The notes beneath the pieces were generated by a model. The model was not told where the DNA came from. It saw only the letters and a list, made by a program, of their open reading frames with translations, and ran no database searches. A DNA stretch of 61,412 nt, counting the filler. It is 2 parts of 2 records of this genome, joined end to end, with 100 filler letters (N's around TTAATTAATTAA, not from the genome) between each part and the next. Parts side by side here need not be neighbours in the genome. Positions count along the whole stretch, not along the records: positions 1 to 30,556 come from SRR20825019_1880; 1 more part is not named here. One strand, 5' to 3'. Shown piece after piece: positions 1-8,855 of the stretch (its first letter is position 1; every line of letters starts with the position of its first letter). Position numbers and translations under genes: made by a program.

Positions 1-1804
1 TCGTCAAATACGCATTGATTCCGGAGTGGATCATGTTCTGGAAAAAACCGCCGCCCTGCATACTGTGATCCCGCAGATAAGCCGTCGTGGCCATGATCCG
101 TTTATCTCCCGGCGGGAATAGCTGCAGCGGATAATCCGCGATCAGGGATCCTACCGCACCCGAATCCATCCGCCGCTTGGGTGATGCGGGAATCGCTCCG
201 GGAAAGTCGCGTCCGCTGCGGTCGGGAAACGAATCCTCGATAGTCGCCAGAAATTCCGTGGCCTCGCGGGCGCATTGCTCGGCGAGTTTCGGGTCAGACG
301 GTTTCAATATTTTCGCCGCACATTGCAGCCCCGCCACACCCCAAAAATCGTCCCAATAATAAAAGTCATTCGGCCCCAGATGTTCCGCACTGAATCCCGC
401 GGGTAACAATCCCTCCTCCGCTTTGCCCGTCCCCCGAGGCAGCCGTTTTTTGGTAATCCATCGAGCCCCCTTCGCGATGGCCTTGCGCCAGTCTTCCGGT
501 AACTCCTCGCCCGTCAAAGCGGCAAACCGGTGGTAGATCCAAATGGCTTCGCCGTTGGAATCCCATTCGCCTTCCTGCGAGAGAAAGTAACCGTCGCGAC
601 GCTGCCGTCCCGCAAACTGATCCAGCGCCCGACGGGTGCGTTCCACATCGCCCAGCGTGATCAGCGCATTCAGCATGAAGGCTGCATCACGAAACCAGAA
701 CCGTTTATAGGTGTAAGGTCCCGGGTAGGCATCCCGTGGCGAGTGCAATACGAGATTGGCCGCCGCCTGATCGTAAAGCTTTTGAATCCGGTCATCCGAT
801 ACCGCCACACGCGAGAGAGGGGCCATCGCTTCCTTCCATGACGGCGTGGACTTCAAAACCGGTCGTTTGCTTCGATCAAGCTCATCGTAAATCGGAGCGC
901 GGATCTCCAAAGGCTTCTCCTGCAAATCCGCCATCGGAAAAAATGCCACCGCCGTCGCCATGTTGACCGGACAGGAGATTTGCTGCGGTCCCGCCCGATC
1001 ATGCAGGCGGTGGGAAACATCCCCGTCTTCGTAAGCCGACAATAATAGACGCGAGGGTTGGCGATCAAAATCGACCGGATGTTCACCATTCACCAACCAA
1101 CCGGTGCCTTCCTTCGTCACGTCGATTCGATCAATAAAGCTGACCCCTTCCGGATTATAAGGCCGGAGAGAAACCGCCAGAAACCCCTCCTCCGGAGCCG
1201 CGCCCTCGACGCGAATACAGCAATAAGGCTCCCCGTTTTCCAAACACAGAGTCACCTCACTGCGAATCGATACATCATCCCGGGTCGCGGATGAGCGCAC
1301 GCGCAAATTGTCGTCCAGGTCCAACGTTTGCGCAAAATCCTTGGCCTTTAATCGGGAAGGAAACAGCGGTGCTTTGCCCGGATCTGCCGGCACAAACCAG
1401 AAATCCAACGACCAACCATCAAAGAAAGGGGTCACCAAACCTCGGGGATCCACGATCGGATAGAACGGCACATCGGGGCGTCCCGCTGCCGTCCAATTGC
1501 GATGGGTTAAGTTGATATGACTGAAGGAAAACGCCCGCGGGATAAACGAGACATCCTCGGGGTTGAATTGCCGCTCCACCCAATACGGCCAGACCCAATC
1601 CAGATTATTTTGGATCGCCTTGGTGTTCACCAAACCACGCGCCTGAAAAAGCATCCCCGCCCGCAACAGTTCGATTGGTTCGGCAAATTCGGAAGGTTGG
1701 GAAAATCCCCGTAATTTTCCGAGCACCGCCAGAGGATCAAGAAATCCATAAGCACGCGCCAATCGGGTAACAAGGAAGCGAACCGGCTTTGAGTTAAGTA
1801 ACAT
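1..1804 (-). CDS. Six-hairpin (GH15-like) glycosidase-fold protein, 3' end runs off the window
   Basis: Manual translation from the ATG at 1804 gives MLLNSKPVRFLVTRLARAYGFLDP...WVWPYWVERQF. Sampled downstream motifs include PGPYTYKRFWFRDAAF, GEWDSNG and GLLPAGFSAEHLGPNDFYYWDDFWG, the last confirmed in the same frame. It is absent from the ORF track, presumably because no stop falls in the window. Confidence 0.7.
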   Translation of the reverse strand, partial: MLLNSKPVRFLVTRLARAYGFLDPLAVLGKLRGFSQPSEFAEPIELLRAGMLFQARGLVNTKAIQNNLDWVWPYWVERQFNPEDVSFIPRAFSFSHINLTHRNWTAAGRPDVPFYPIVDPRGLVTPFFDGWSLDFWFVPADPGKAPLFPSRLKAKDFAQTLDLDDNLRVRSSATRDDVSIRSEVTLCLENGEPYCCIRVEGAAPEEGFLAVSLRPYNPEGVSFIDRIDVTKEGTGWLVNGEHPVDFDRQPSRLLLSAYEDGDVSHRLHDRAGPQQISCPVNMATAVAFFPMADLQEKPLEIRAPIYDELDRSKRPVLKSTPSWKEAMAPLSRVAVSDDRIQKLYDQAAANLVLHSPRDAYPGPYTYKRFWFRDAAFMLNALITLGDVERTRRALDQFAGRQRRDGYFLSQEGEWDSNGEAIWIYHRFAALTGEELPEDWRKAIAKGARWITKKRLPRGTGKAEEGLLPAGFSAEHLGPNDFYYWDDFWGVAGLQCAAKILKPSDPKLAEQCAREATEFLATIEDSFPDRSGRDFPGAIPASPKRRMDSGAVGSLIADYPLQLFPPGDKRIMATTAYLRDHSMQGGGFFQNMIHSGINAYLT

Positions 1805-2008
1805 GACTCGAAGCTACTATCTCACATTATCGGACAAAGTGCCACCCATCAGGGCAATACATCTGTCCTGTGTAGCCTCAGAACAGGGTCAAAAACCGCG
1901 TGGTTCGGGTTATCCGCGCACCGGATCCGGCGTTCTCCGATGGATCACCATCCTAATTTTGCAACTGTCGCGCCGTAGCGGGTGATAGGGGGATTGCCGA
2001 CCTTTAGC

Positions 2009-2776
2009 CTACGTGCGATTCCGAGATTCCGGGCTGTTGCGCATCGCATCACGCACCTGGCGTTCGGTCCAATTTTCATGGATCATCATGCGGCGATAGT
2101 TGGCCAGGCCTGCCGGATCAGGCTCACGATTGAGAATATCTTCATAGGCTCGGCGGATGATTCGATCCACCGATTCACCGCGATACTCAGCACTCTCTCG
2201 CAGATGAGTTACCACCATGCGCTCCGACCATCCCTGATCGATCACCAAGCTTCGATAGTAGCGCAATCCCTGTGGATCCACCGGACGACCCAACACTTCC
2301 TGATAGGCTTGAGTAATCATCCGTTCGGGATCCTTAACCGCCACCGGACGGTCAAAATTTCCTGAGCCATGATGACCGCGGCCACTTACTTGCAAGGACG
2401 ATATCCGATCATTCCAAGCGATGCGGGTATCCGGCATCATCCGGTAGTCGAGATTGCTAATATCTTCAGTCACCCGCAAAACCTGTCCTCCCATATTCGG
2501 ATGATCATAGAACAGGACGGTCGCCCCACCAAGCACCCGCACCGATGAAATCTGATCATTCGCGATCATTCCGCCGTCCAGGCGCACGCGTTTCAAATTA
2601 TCCAGACGCTCCCCGAGATAAATCGTCATCGATTCCCCCCGGTAGTTGGCGTCCTCGTAAACAATCACCCTCGGCCCGCGCCGATCAAAATGATCCCGGC
2701 GATCCGAGCCACTGGCCTGCATCGGAAAGAGCGCTGCGAGCCCGAAGGCGGCAGCGAGCAGAGAAATCGTTTTCAT
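2009..2776 (-). CDS. Secreted beta/gamma-crystallin domain protein with two C-terminal DUF4214-like helical repeats
   Basis: Signal peptide MKTISLLAAAFGLAAL; crystallin-like motifs VIVYEDANYRG, NDQISSVRV, WNDRISSL; repeats AYQEVLGRPVDPQGL and AYEDILNREPDPAGL. Confidence 0.65.
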   Translation of the reverse strand: MKTISLLAAAFGLAALFPMQASGSDRRDHFDRRGPRVIVYEDANYRGESMTIYLGERLDNLKRVRLDGGMIANDQISSVRVLGGATVLFYDHPNMGGQVLRVTEDISNLDYRMMPDTRIAWNDRISSLQVSGRGHHGSGNFDRPVAVKDPERMITQAYQEVLGRPVDPQGLRYYRSLVIDQGWSERMVVTHLRESAEYRGESVDRIIRRAYEDILNREPDPAGLANYRRMMIHENWTERQVRDAMRNSPESRNRT

Positions 2777-2842
2777 AACCTTGAGACGCTTCCAATGAGT
2801 CAAAAATTCAACCTATCTTCGTCGCCACCATTCAAAATCAAT

Positions 2843-2865
2843 CACGTCATCTATTAGTTGACGTG
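2843..2865. repeat. Palindrome of the CTAWTAG-core family
   Basis: CACGTCA-T-CTATTAG-T-TGACGTG. Confidence 0.7.
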
Positions 2866-2901
2866 CTGCATCGGAGACGCGGCTTTTTCAAATTAATCCG
2901 T

Positions 2902-4458
2902 TTACACTTCTTCGACCACGTAGTGACAACCCTTACTCACGGGATTAAGCGACGCCGCGTGCACGACCAGCAGGGCGGTTTGCACGGCATTACGCAGCTC
3001 GATCAGATCCTTCGTCACGCGATAAGTGCGATAGAAACTCTGAATCTCCTCACGCAGCTCCAACAAAATGCGGCGAGCCCGGGTAAGGCGTTTCGGCGAA
3101 CGAACAATCCCTGCGTAATTCCACATGGTGCTGCGGAGCAGCTGTAAATCCTGACGCACCAAAGTCGGGTCCACCTCATTGGTCGCGCTGCGCCATGTCT
3201 GCGGATCGGGTAGACGGAAATTCAAGGCCGCAACATCCGCGACATCGGCATGCGCGGTGAATTTCGCGCTCGTCAAACACTCCAACAGCGAAGTGCTCGC
3301 CAATCGATTCGCCCCGTGCAATCCCGTGCAGGCCGTTTCACCGATCGCGTTGAGATGCAGCACATTCGTGCGTCCGTTCAGATCCGTGTGCACGCCGCCG
3401 CAGGAAAAATGGGCGGCAGGCACCACCGGAATACGCTCCTTGGTGATATCCACACCATGCGCCGCACAGCGCGCGGCAATCGAAGGGAAGCGTTCAGTTA
3501 TAAACTCCGGCTTCAGCTCCGACAGATCGAGATAGACACACGGCTCACCACTGGTCGCCAACTCCTGATGAATCGCACGCGCCACAATATCACGCGGCGC
3601 GAGCGAACCGAGCGAATGTTGACCATCCATGAATCGTTCCCCGGCGCTATTGACCAACACCGCCCCTTCACCGCGAAGTGCCTCGGTGATCAGAAATCGC
3701 GGGGCGTTCTTCTTATAAAACGCCGTCGGGTGAAACTGCACATATTCGAGATCGATCAACCTCGCACCGACCCGATAACACATCGCGATCCCGTGGCCCA
3801 CACTGCCGGGCTGGTTCGTGGTGTGCTGAAAAATTTGTCCGAGCCCGCCGGAGGCGAGGATCGTTTTTTTCGCGATAATCGCGTGCACTTCGCCACTTTC
3901 CGTATCGAGCACGTATGCTCCGTAACAAGTGAGCGGTGCATAACGATCGGTCGCGTCTTCACTGTTGTGGGACAACGTGAGTAGATCCACCGCCACCCAA
4001 CCGGAGCGGCGCGTGATGCCCTCCGTCGTATCCACGCGGTTGATGACATTCTCCAAAATCGCATGCCCGGTCGTATCCTTGGAGTGAATGATCCGTCGCG
4101 TGCTGTGTCCGCCTTCACGCGTGAATTCGAGCTCGCCCTTCGCGTCGCGGTCAAAGTCCACCCCGAGTTCGTCGAGCAACAATTCCTTCACCGCCTGCGG
4201 CCCTTCGCGCACCAAATGATCCACGGCGACCGGATTCGCCGTGCAGTCACTCGCCTCAATAATATCCTTCGCCAACTGATCCGGCTCCGACGAATTTTCG
4301 TAAATGATCCCGCCCTGCGCCCAATCGCTGTTCGCGATCAAAGGGCCGTCCAACGACAACAACTCAACCTGCAATCCACTGCGAGCGGCGTGCATCGCAT
4401 AGGCGGAACCGGCGAGCCCGGCTCCGATCACCAAACAATCGGTATGGATGGTTTTCAT
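2902..4458 (-). CDS. nadB: L-aspartate oxidase
   Basis: GAGLAG FAD motif, AQGGI, REGGHS, QFHPT, GLHGANRLASTSLLE; adjacent to nadA and nadC. Confidence 0.95.
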   Translation of the reverse strand: MKTIHTDCLVIGAGLAGSAYAMHAARSGLQVELLSLDGPLIANSDWAQGGIIYENSSEPDQLAKDIIEASDCTANPVAVDHLVREGPQAVKELLLDELGVDFDRDAKGELEFTREGGHSTRRIIHSKDTTGHAILENVINRVDTTEGITRRSGWVAVDLLTLSHNSEDATDRYAPLTCYGAYVLDTESGEVHAIIAKKTILASGGLGQIFQHTTNQPGSVGHGIAMCYRVGARLIDLEYVQFHPTAFYKKNAPRFLITEALRGEGAVLVNSAGERFMDGQHSLGSLAPRDIVARAIHQELATSGEPCVYLDLSELKPEFITERFPSIAARCAAHGVDITKERIPVVPAAHFSCGGVHTDLNGRTNVLHLNAIGETACTGLHGANRLASTSLLECLTSAKFTAHADVADVAALNFRLPDPQTWRSATNEVDPTLVRQDLQLLRSTMWNYAGIVRSPKRLTRARRILLELREEIQSFYRTYRVTKDLIELRNAVQTALLVVHAASLNPVSKGCHYVVEEV

Positions 4459-4515
4459 GGTGTTGCCTTATTGGAGAGTCCACCTCCGCGTCGTCAGTTT
4501 TTGGGCTGGACGACA

Positions 4516-4575
4516 CGGGCGTGGACAAGCCGCGCCCCTACCGATGGACGTAGGGGCGTGCCTTGTGCGCGCCCG
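4516..4575. repeat. Inverted REP doublet (GTAG-type, REPIN-like)
   Basis: CGGGCGTGGACAAGCCGCGCCCCTAC, an 8 nt spacer, then GTAGGGGCGTGCCTTGTGCGCGCCCG; intergenic between nadC and nadB. Confidence 0.7.
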
Positions 4576-4619
4576 GTTTGGAATCATTTTTAGGAATCCC
4601 CTAAACTGATGCACCGGAT

Positions 4620-5465
4620 TCATTTTTTGCGCTTGAGCGGCAGCGTTAAGCTCAGATCAGCCGCCACGGCGGAGTGGGTGAGTGCACCGATGCTAATCAC
4701 ATCGACCCCCGGCAAAGCATAGTCCCGCAACGTCTCATAGCGCACCCCGCCGGAAACTTCAACGACGGCCGCACCCGCAATCGTCGCCACGGCGCTGGCC
4801 ACCTTGGCCGGACTCATGTTATCGAGCAAAATCACTTCCGCACCCGCGCGCACCGCTTCCTTAACCTCGGACAGGGTCTTCGCCTCCACTTCGATTTTCG
4901 CACCATGCGGCGCTTCGGCCCGGCAGAGTTTGACCGCCTTCGTCAGCGAACCGGCTGCCGCGATGTGGTTGTCCTTGATAAGCACGTGTTCGCCCAGCGA
5001 CGCGCGGTGATTGTAACACCCGCCGCAGCGCACCGCGTATTTTTCCAACGCACGCCAACCCGGAGTCGTTTTGCGCGTATCGACGATCCGCACGCCCGTG
5101 CCGACGACAGCGGCCGCATACTTGCGCGATTGAGTGGCCACTCCGGAGAGACGTTGCAGGAAATTCAGAGCGGTGCGCTCAGCGGTGAGCAAAGCCACCG
5201 TCGGCCCTTCGACCCGCAGCACGATTTCGCCCTTCTTCACGCGATCCCCGTCCTTGGCAGTGAACTTCACTTTAAGCGCCGGATCAACCATTGCGAAAAC
5301 CCGCGCCGCCACGTCGAGACCGCAAACCACAATCGGTTCCTTCGCTTCGATATAGGCTTTGGAAGTGTGATCGGGCGAAAAGATCGCGCGACTGGTGACA
5401 TCGCCCAAACCGGCGTCCTCGTCGAGGGCCAGCGCGATCAAATGTTCGGTGCGGGGAGTGAGCAT
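4620..5465 (-). CDS. nadC: Nicotinate-nucleotide pyrophosphorylase (quinolinate phosphoribosyltransferase)
   Basis: ERTALNFLQRLSG, DTRKTTPG, IKDNH, LLDNM and SIGALTHS motifs; ATG at 5465 preferred over the GTG at 5483. Confidence 0.95.
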   Translation of the reverse strand: MLTPRTEHLIALALDEDAGLGDVTSRAIFSPDHTSKAYIEAKEPIVVCGLDVAARVFAMVDPALKVKFTAKDGDRVKKGEIVLRVEGPTVALLTAERTALNFLQRLSGVATQSRKYAAAVVGTGVRIVDTRKTTPGWRALEKYAVRCGGCYNHRASLGEHVLIKDNHIAAAGSLTKAVKLCRAEAPHGAKIEVEAKTLSEVKEAVRAGAEVILLDNMSPAKVASAVATIAGAAVVEVSGGVRYETLRDYALPGVDVISIGALTHSAVAADLSLTLPLKRKK

Positions 5466-5474
5466 GGGAAAAGT

Positions 5475-5499
5475 GAATGTCACTTAATAGGTGACATTC
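5475..5499. repeat. Palindrome of the CTAWTAG-core family just upstream of nadC
   Basis: GAATGTCAC-TTAATAG-GTGACATTC. Confidence 0.7.
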
Positions 5500-5513
5500 G
5501 ATTAGTCTGAATT

Positions 5514-6578
5514 TCAGGAAGGTGGGGTGAGTTCGAACATCCGGTCGATACAGGCGGCAGCGCGGAGGCGCAGATCTTCGTCCAGAGTCACGATCTGATC
5601 GGGACGGGGTGCCTTGAGCGCATCGCGGATTTTTTCGAGCGAGTTGAGCTTCATGTAGGGGCAGAGCCGGCATCCACCGATAAAGTTCTTTTCGGGATCC
5701 TCGACTTCGAGCCGTCCCACCAGCCCGCATTCCGTGAGCATGAGAAAATACGGCGCCTGGGTCGACTTCACGTATTTCATCATCTCGCCCGTGCTGCCGA
5801 CAAAATCGGAAGCGGCCGCCACCTCTTCGGTGCACTCCGGATGCGAGACGACTTTCAATCCCGGGAACTGGGCGCGGGCCTGATCGATCTGGCTCACCTC
5901 AAATTCCTCGTGAACGACACAGGTGCCATCCGAAGAAATGATCTCCTTTTGCACACCTCGTTTCTTCAACTCAGTGCGCACATTGTCGGCCATCAAACGA
6001 TCCGGCACAAACAACACCTGTTTCTGCGGCAGATTGGCGACGATGTCGTAAACATTCCCCGAGGTCACACAGACATCGCACTCGGCCTTCACCTGAGCCG
6101 TGCTATTGATGTAGCACACGACCACCGCCTCGGGATGAAGCGCCTTCAACTTGCGCACATCCTCGCCGGTAATCGAATCGGCCAGCGAGCAACCCGAACC
6201 ACTGTCCGGCACGATGACCGTCGCTTCGGGAGAGAGAATCTTCGCTGTCTCCGCCATGAAAACCACCCCGGCAAACAGAATGGTATCCGCCGTGGATTCC
6301 TTGGCCATCTTGCTCAAGTAATACGAATCGCCCTTGTAATCGCCCACGCCGTAAACGATCTCGGGCTCGACGTAAGAGTGGGTGAGAATGACGGCGTTTT
6401 TCTCCTTCTTTAGACGATTAATCTCGAGCGTGAGCGGAGCAATTTCCCGACAGGTGTCGAGGTTCCAAGTGCGCCCCTTGGGATCGCACTCCACATGCAT
6501 CAATGAGCTCAAGAGACGCTCGGCCTCGGCTTCAATCGCTGGGTCGGTGGCAATCATGATAATATTATTAGGGTTCAC
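5514..6578 (-). CDS. nadA: Quinolinate synthase
   Basis: GVVFMAETAKILSP, GCSLAD, YINS, CVVH, HPEC, CPYMK (Fe-S cysteines); the start may be 6557. Confidence 0.95.
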   Translation of the reverse strand: MNPNNIIMIATDPAIEAEAERLLSSLMHVECDPKGRTWNLDTCREIAPLTLEINRLKKEKNAVILTHSYVEPEIVYGVGDYKGDSYYLSKMAKESTADTILFAGVVFMAETAKILSPEATVIVPDSGSGCSLADSITGEDVRKLKALHPEAVVVCYINSTAQVKAECDVCVTSGNVYDIVANLPQKQVLFVPDRLMADNVRTELKKRGVQKEIISSDGTCVVHEEFEVSQIDQARAQFPGLKVVSHPECTEEVAAASDFVGSTGEMMKYVKSTQAPYFLMLTECGLVGRLEVEDPEKNFIGGCRLCPYMKLNSLEKIRDALKAPRPDQIVTLDEDLRLRAAACIDRMFELTPPS

Positions 6579-6939
6579 CGACGCCCACTTCGCGTTGGGT
6601 CGTGATCTTATTTTGGTCGTCCAATTGCACCACAGTCACGCGATGCGCCGCGATCTCTTCGGGCGTCATCGACACATAGGAAGCGATAATCACGCGATCA
6701 CCGACTTCCACCAGATTAGCCGCCGCGCCGTTGATCTGAATCTGACCGGGTTCGCCGAAAATCACGTAAGTCGTAAAACGTGCGCCGTTGGTGATGTCGT
6801 AGATATCGACCTGTTCAAACTCCAACAGTCCCGCCGCTTGGCAGAGGGCACGGTCGATTGAAACCGAACCTTCGTAATGAAGATCGGCGGTCGTGACCGT
6901 CGCGCGGTGGAGTTTGGTGCGGAGAAATGTTCTATGCAT
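6568..6939 (-). CDS. panD: Aspartate 1-decarboxylase
   Basis: KLHRATVT..LHYEGS self-cleavage site, NGARFTTYVI, INGAAA. Confidence 0.95.
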   Translation of the reverse strand: MHRTFLRTKLHRATVTTADLHYEGSVSIDRALCQAAGLLEFEQVDIYDITNGARFTTYVIFGEPGQIQINGAAANLVEVGDRVIIASYVSMTPEEIAAHRVTVVQLDDQNKITTQREVGVGEP

Positions 6940-7675
6940 GAGCTGGGTTTTCAGAGGCAAAAGCCTGCAAACCGTGCAAAATAAGCCCGGTCTCGACTGC
7001 GGTAAAGAGACTTTGGCATTTTATCTGTGTCACCAAACCGCCGGTGCCGATCACCACCACCGGGCTGCGCCCAAAGGCTTCGGTCTTGGTTTGGGTGATC
7101 AATTCACGGATCGCGCCGACGTGGCCGTGCACGATTCCGCTGCGAATCGCCGATTCAGTATCACGTCCCACAACCTTCGCGGGAGTTCTCAACGCCACTT
7201 CGGGCAACCGCGCCGTGCGCTGATGCAAGACGGCCGCGCTCATCTCCAATCCCGGCATAATCGTGCCGCCGAGCAGAGTGCCATCGCGCGCGAGCAGAGT
7301 GAGGGTCGTCGCCGAACCACAGTCCACCACGATCACATTTTTACGTGGATAGAGTTTTTGAGCCCCCAGCACATTGGCCACGCGATCCACGCCGAGTTCC
7401 GCCGGACGATGATAGGCCAGTTTCAAACCGTGATCAGCAGTCGAGGTCAGCACACTTGTTTCGATGCCAAAGACTTTCCGGACCAGTTTCACCAACCTGT
7501 CGGTTTGAGCAGGCACCACCGAACAAAGCGCCACGCGATCCACTTTGCCCCGGGCGAGTTTCTGTAATTGTAGGGCGGGGTCTCCAGCGATTCGCACTGA
7601 TCGCATGAGCTTCTCATCACGAAAGACACCGGCGAATAACGTCGAGTTGCCCTGATCGAGCACGAGGGTTTTCAC
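6932..7675 (-). CDS. coaX: Type III pantothenate kinase
   Basis: LDQGNS, LGVDR, VDCGSATT, GGTIMPG and GTGG motifs. Confidence 0.9.
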   Translation of the reverse strand: MKTLVLDQGNSTLFAGVFRDEKLMRSVRIAGDPALQLQKLARGKVDRVALCSVVPAQTDRLVKLVRKVFGIETSVLTSTADHGLKLAYHRPAELGVDRVANVLGAQKLYPRKNVIVVDCGSATTLTLLARDGTLLGGTIMPGLEMSAAVLHQRTARLPEVALRTPAKVVGRDTESAIRSGIVHGHVGAIRELITQTKTEAFGRSPVVVIGTGGLVTQIKCQSLFTAVETGLILHGLQAFASENPAHA

Positions 7676-8310
7676 GTGTCATTCCTCCGAATCAATTCGT
7701 CGATGACTGCCGCCAGGGCGGACGCTCCGGTCACGATTCGATTTTCCGTGGGTGCGGTAAACCAACGAAACACGCGCTCCGGACGAGCCTGCATCTCAGT
7801 GAGATCGTTGTGCACGACCGCATCAACCCCGCTCTGGGAAAATTGAGCCCGCACCGCTGCATGGCGTGCGGCTGCATCGGCATCAACGGTGAGTTTGAAG
7901 CCGATCACCTTGATCGCACGCGGAGAAAAGCTCCGTAAATGCGGGAGAATCTTCGGATTGCGCACAAGGTTCAGAGTGAGGTTTTCCTCATCCGAACTCA
8001 GCTTCTCCGTGGCGACCGCAGCCGGGCGGTAATCGGCCACTGCCGCCGCCATGATCACCGCGGCGTAATCACCGACCGCCAATCGCTTTTGTAAGGTGGC
8101 ACGCAGGCCTTCCGCCGAAAAGAACGCCTCTTTCTCCACCTGATCGTCGGGTAGGATCGCGCCCATCCCGTGGAGCAGGGTGACCTCATGTCCGCAATCG
8201 ACCAACGCCGTCGCCAATGCCGTGCCCGTCGCGCCCGTGCTCCCGTTGGAAAGGTAGCGCACCGGATCGATCGGCTCACGGGTGCCTCCGGAAGTGATCA
8301 GCAGTTTCAT
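7672..8310 (-). CDS. coaB: Phosphopantothenate-cysteine ligase (stand-alone CoaB)
   Basis: ITSGGTREPIDPVRYLSN, AAAVADY, NPKIL, IGFK. Confidence 0.85.
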   Translation of the reverse strand: MKLLITSGGTREPIDPVRYLSNGSTGATGTALATALVDCGHEVTLLHGMGAILPDDQVEKEAFFSAEGLRATLQKRLAVGDYAAVIMAAAVADYRPAAVATEKLSSDEENLTLNLVRNPKILPHLRSFSPRAIKVIGFKLTVDADAAARHAAVRAQFSQSGVDAVVHNDLTEMQARPERVFRWFTAPTENRIVTGASALAAVIDELIRRNDT

Positions 8311-8855
8311 GGCTTCGCCAACGCCGCGATAACCCGCGCGGTGATTTCATCGGGCTCGAGTAACCGACCTCCACCTTCCTCACCGCAGGCGTGAGGACCT
8401 TCCACCGGATCGAGGACGTTGATCCCCCAATCGCGTAATTTTTCCAGTGAAGCCTTCGTCGCGGGATGTTCCCACATGCGATGATTCATCGCCGGAGCAA
8501 GCCACCACGGTTTCTGATCGAGCTCCCAAGCGAGAAAGAGGGCCCCCACCGGATCGTCCGATAAACCTGCTGCCAAACGATTCACGGTGTTGGCCGTGGC
8601 GGGGCAGACCAAGGCGAGATCCGCGGCCCGTGCCAGCTCGATATGATCCAAAGCGCGCCCCTCCTCCCACAAATCGGTGAAGACGGAACGACCGCTCAGG
8701 CCTTCGAGCGTGGCTTTGCCGACAAAGCGCAGGGCGGAGGGAGTGACCACCGTTTGCACCGTCACTCCCTTTTGGGTAAGCTGCGAAATCACCGCGCAAG
8801 CTTTGTAGCAGGCGATGGAACCAGTGAGGAGAAAGAGGACGTTACCGTGGGACAT
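8307..8855 (-). CDS. coaC: Phosphopantothenoylcysteine decarboxylase (stand-alone CoaC)
   Basis: TGSIACYKA, HIELAR, PATAN, APAMNHRMW, ACGEEGGGRL. Confidence 0.9.
   Translation of the reverse strand: MSHGNVLFLLTGSIACYKACAVISQLTQKGVTVQTVVTPSALRFVGKATLEGLSGRSVFTDLWEEGRALDHIELARAADLALVCPATANTVNRLAAGLSDDPVGALFLAWELDQKPWWLAPAMNHRMWEHPATKASLEKLRDWGINVLDPVEGPHACGEEGGGRLLEPDEITARVIAALAKP

Noticed and set aside
177-1985. Many short ORFs in the track
   Set aside because: Most overlap the long minus-strand glycosidase-like frame, and none has a recognisable motif.
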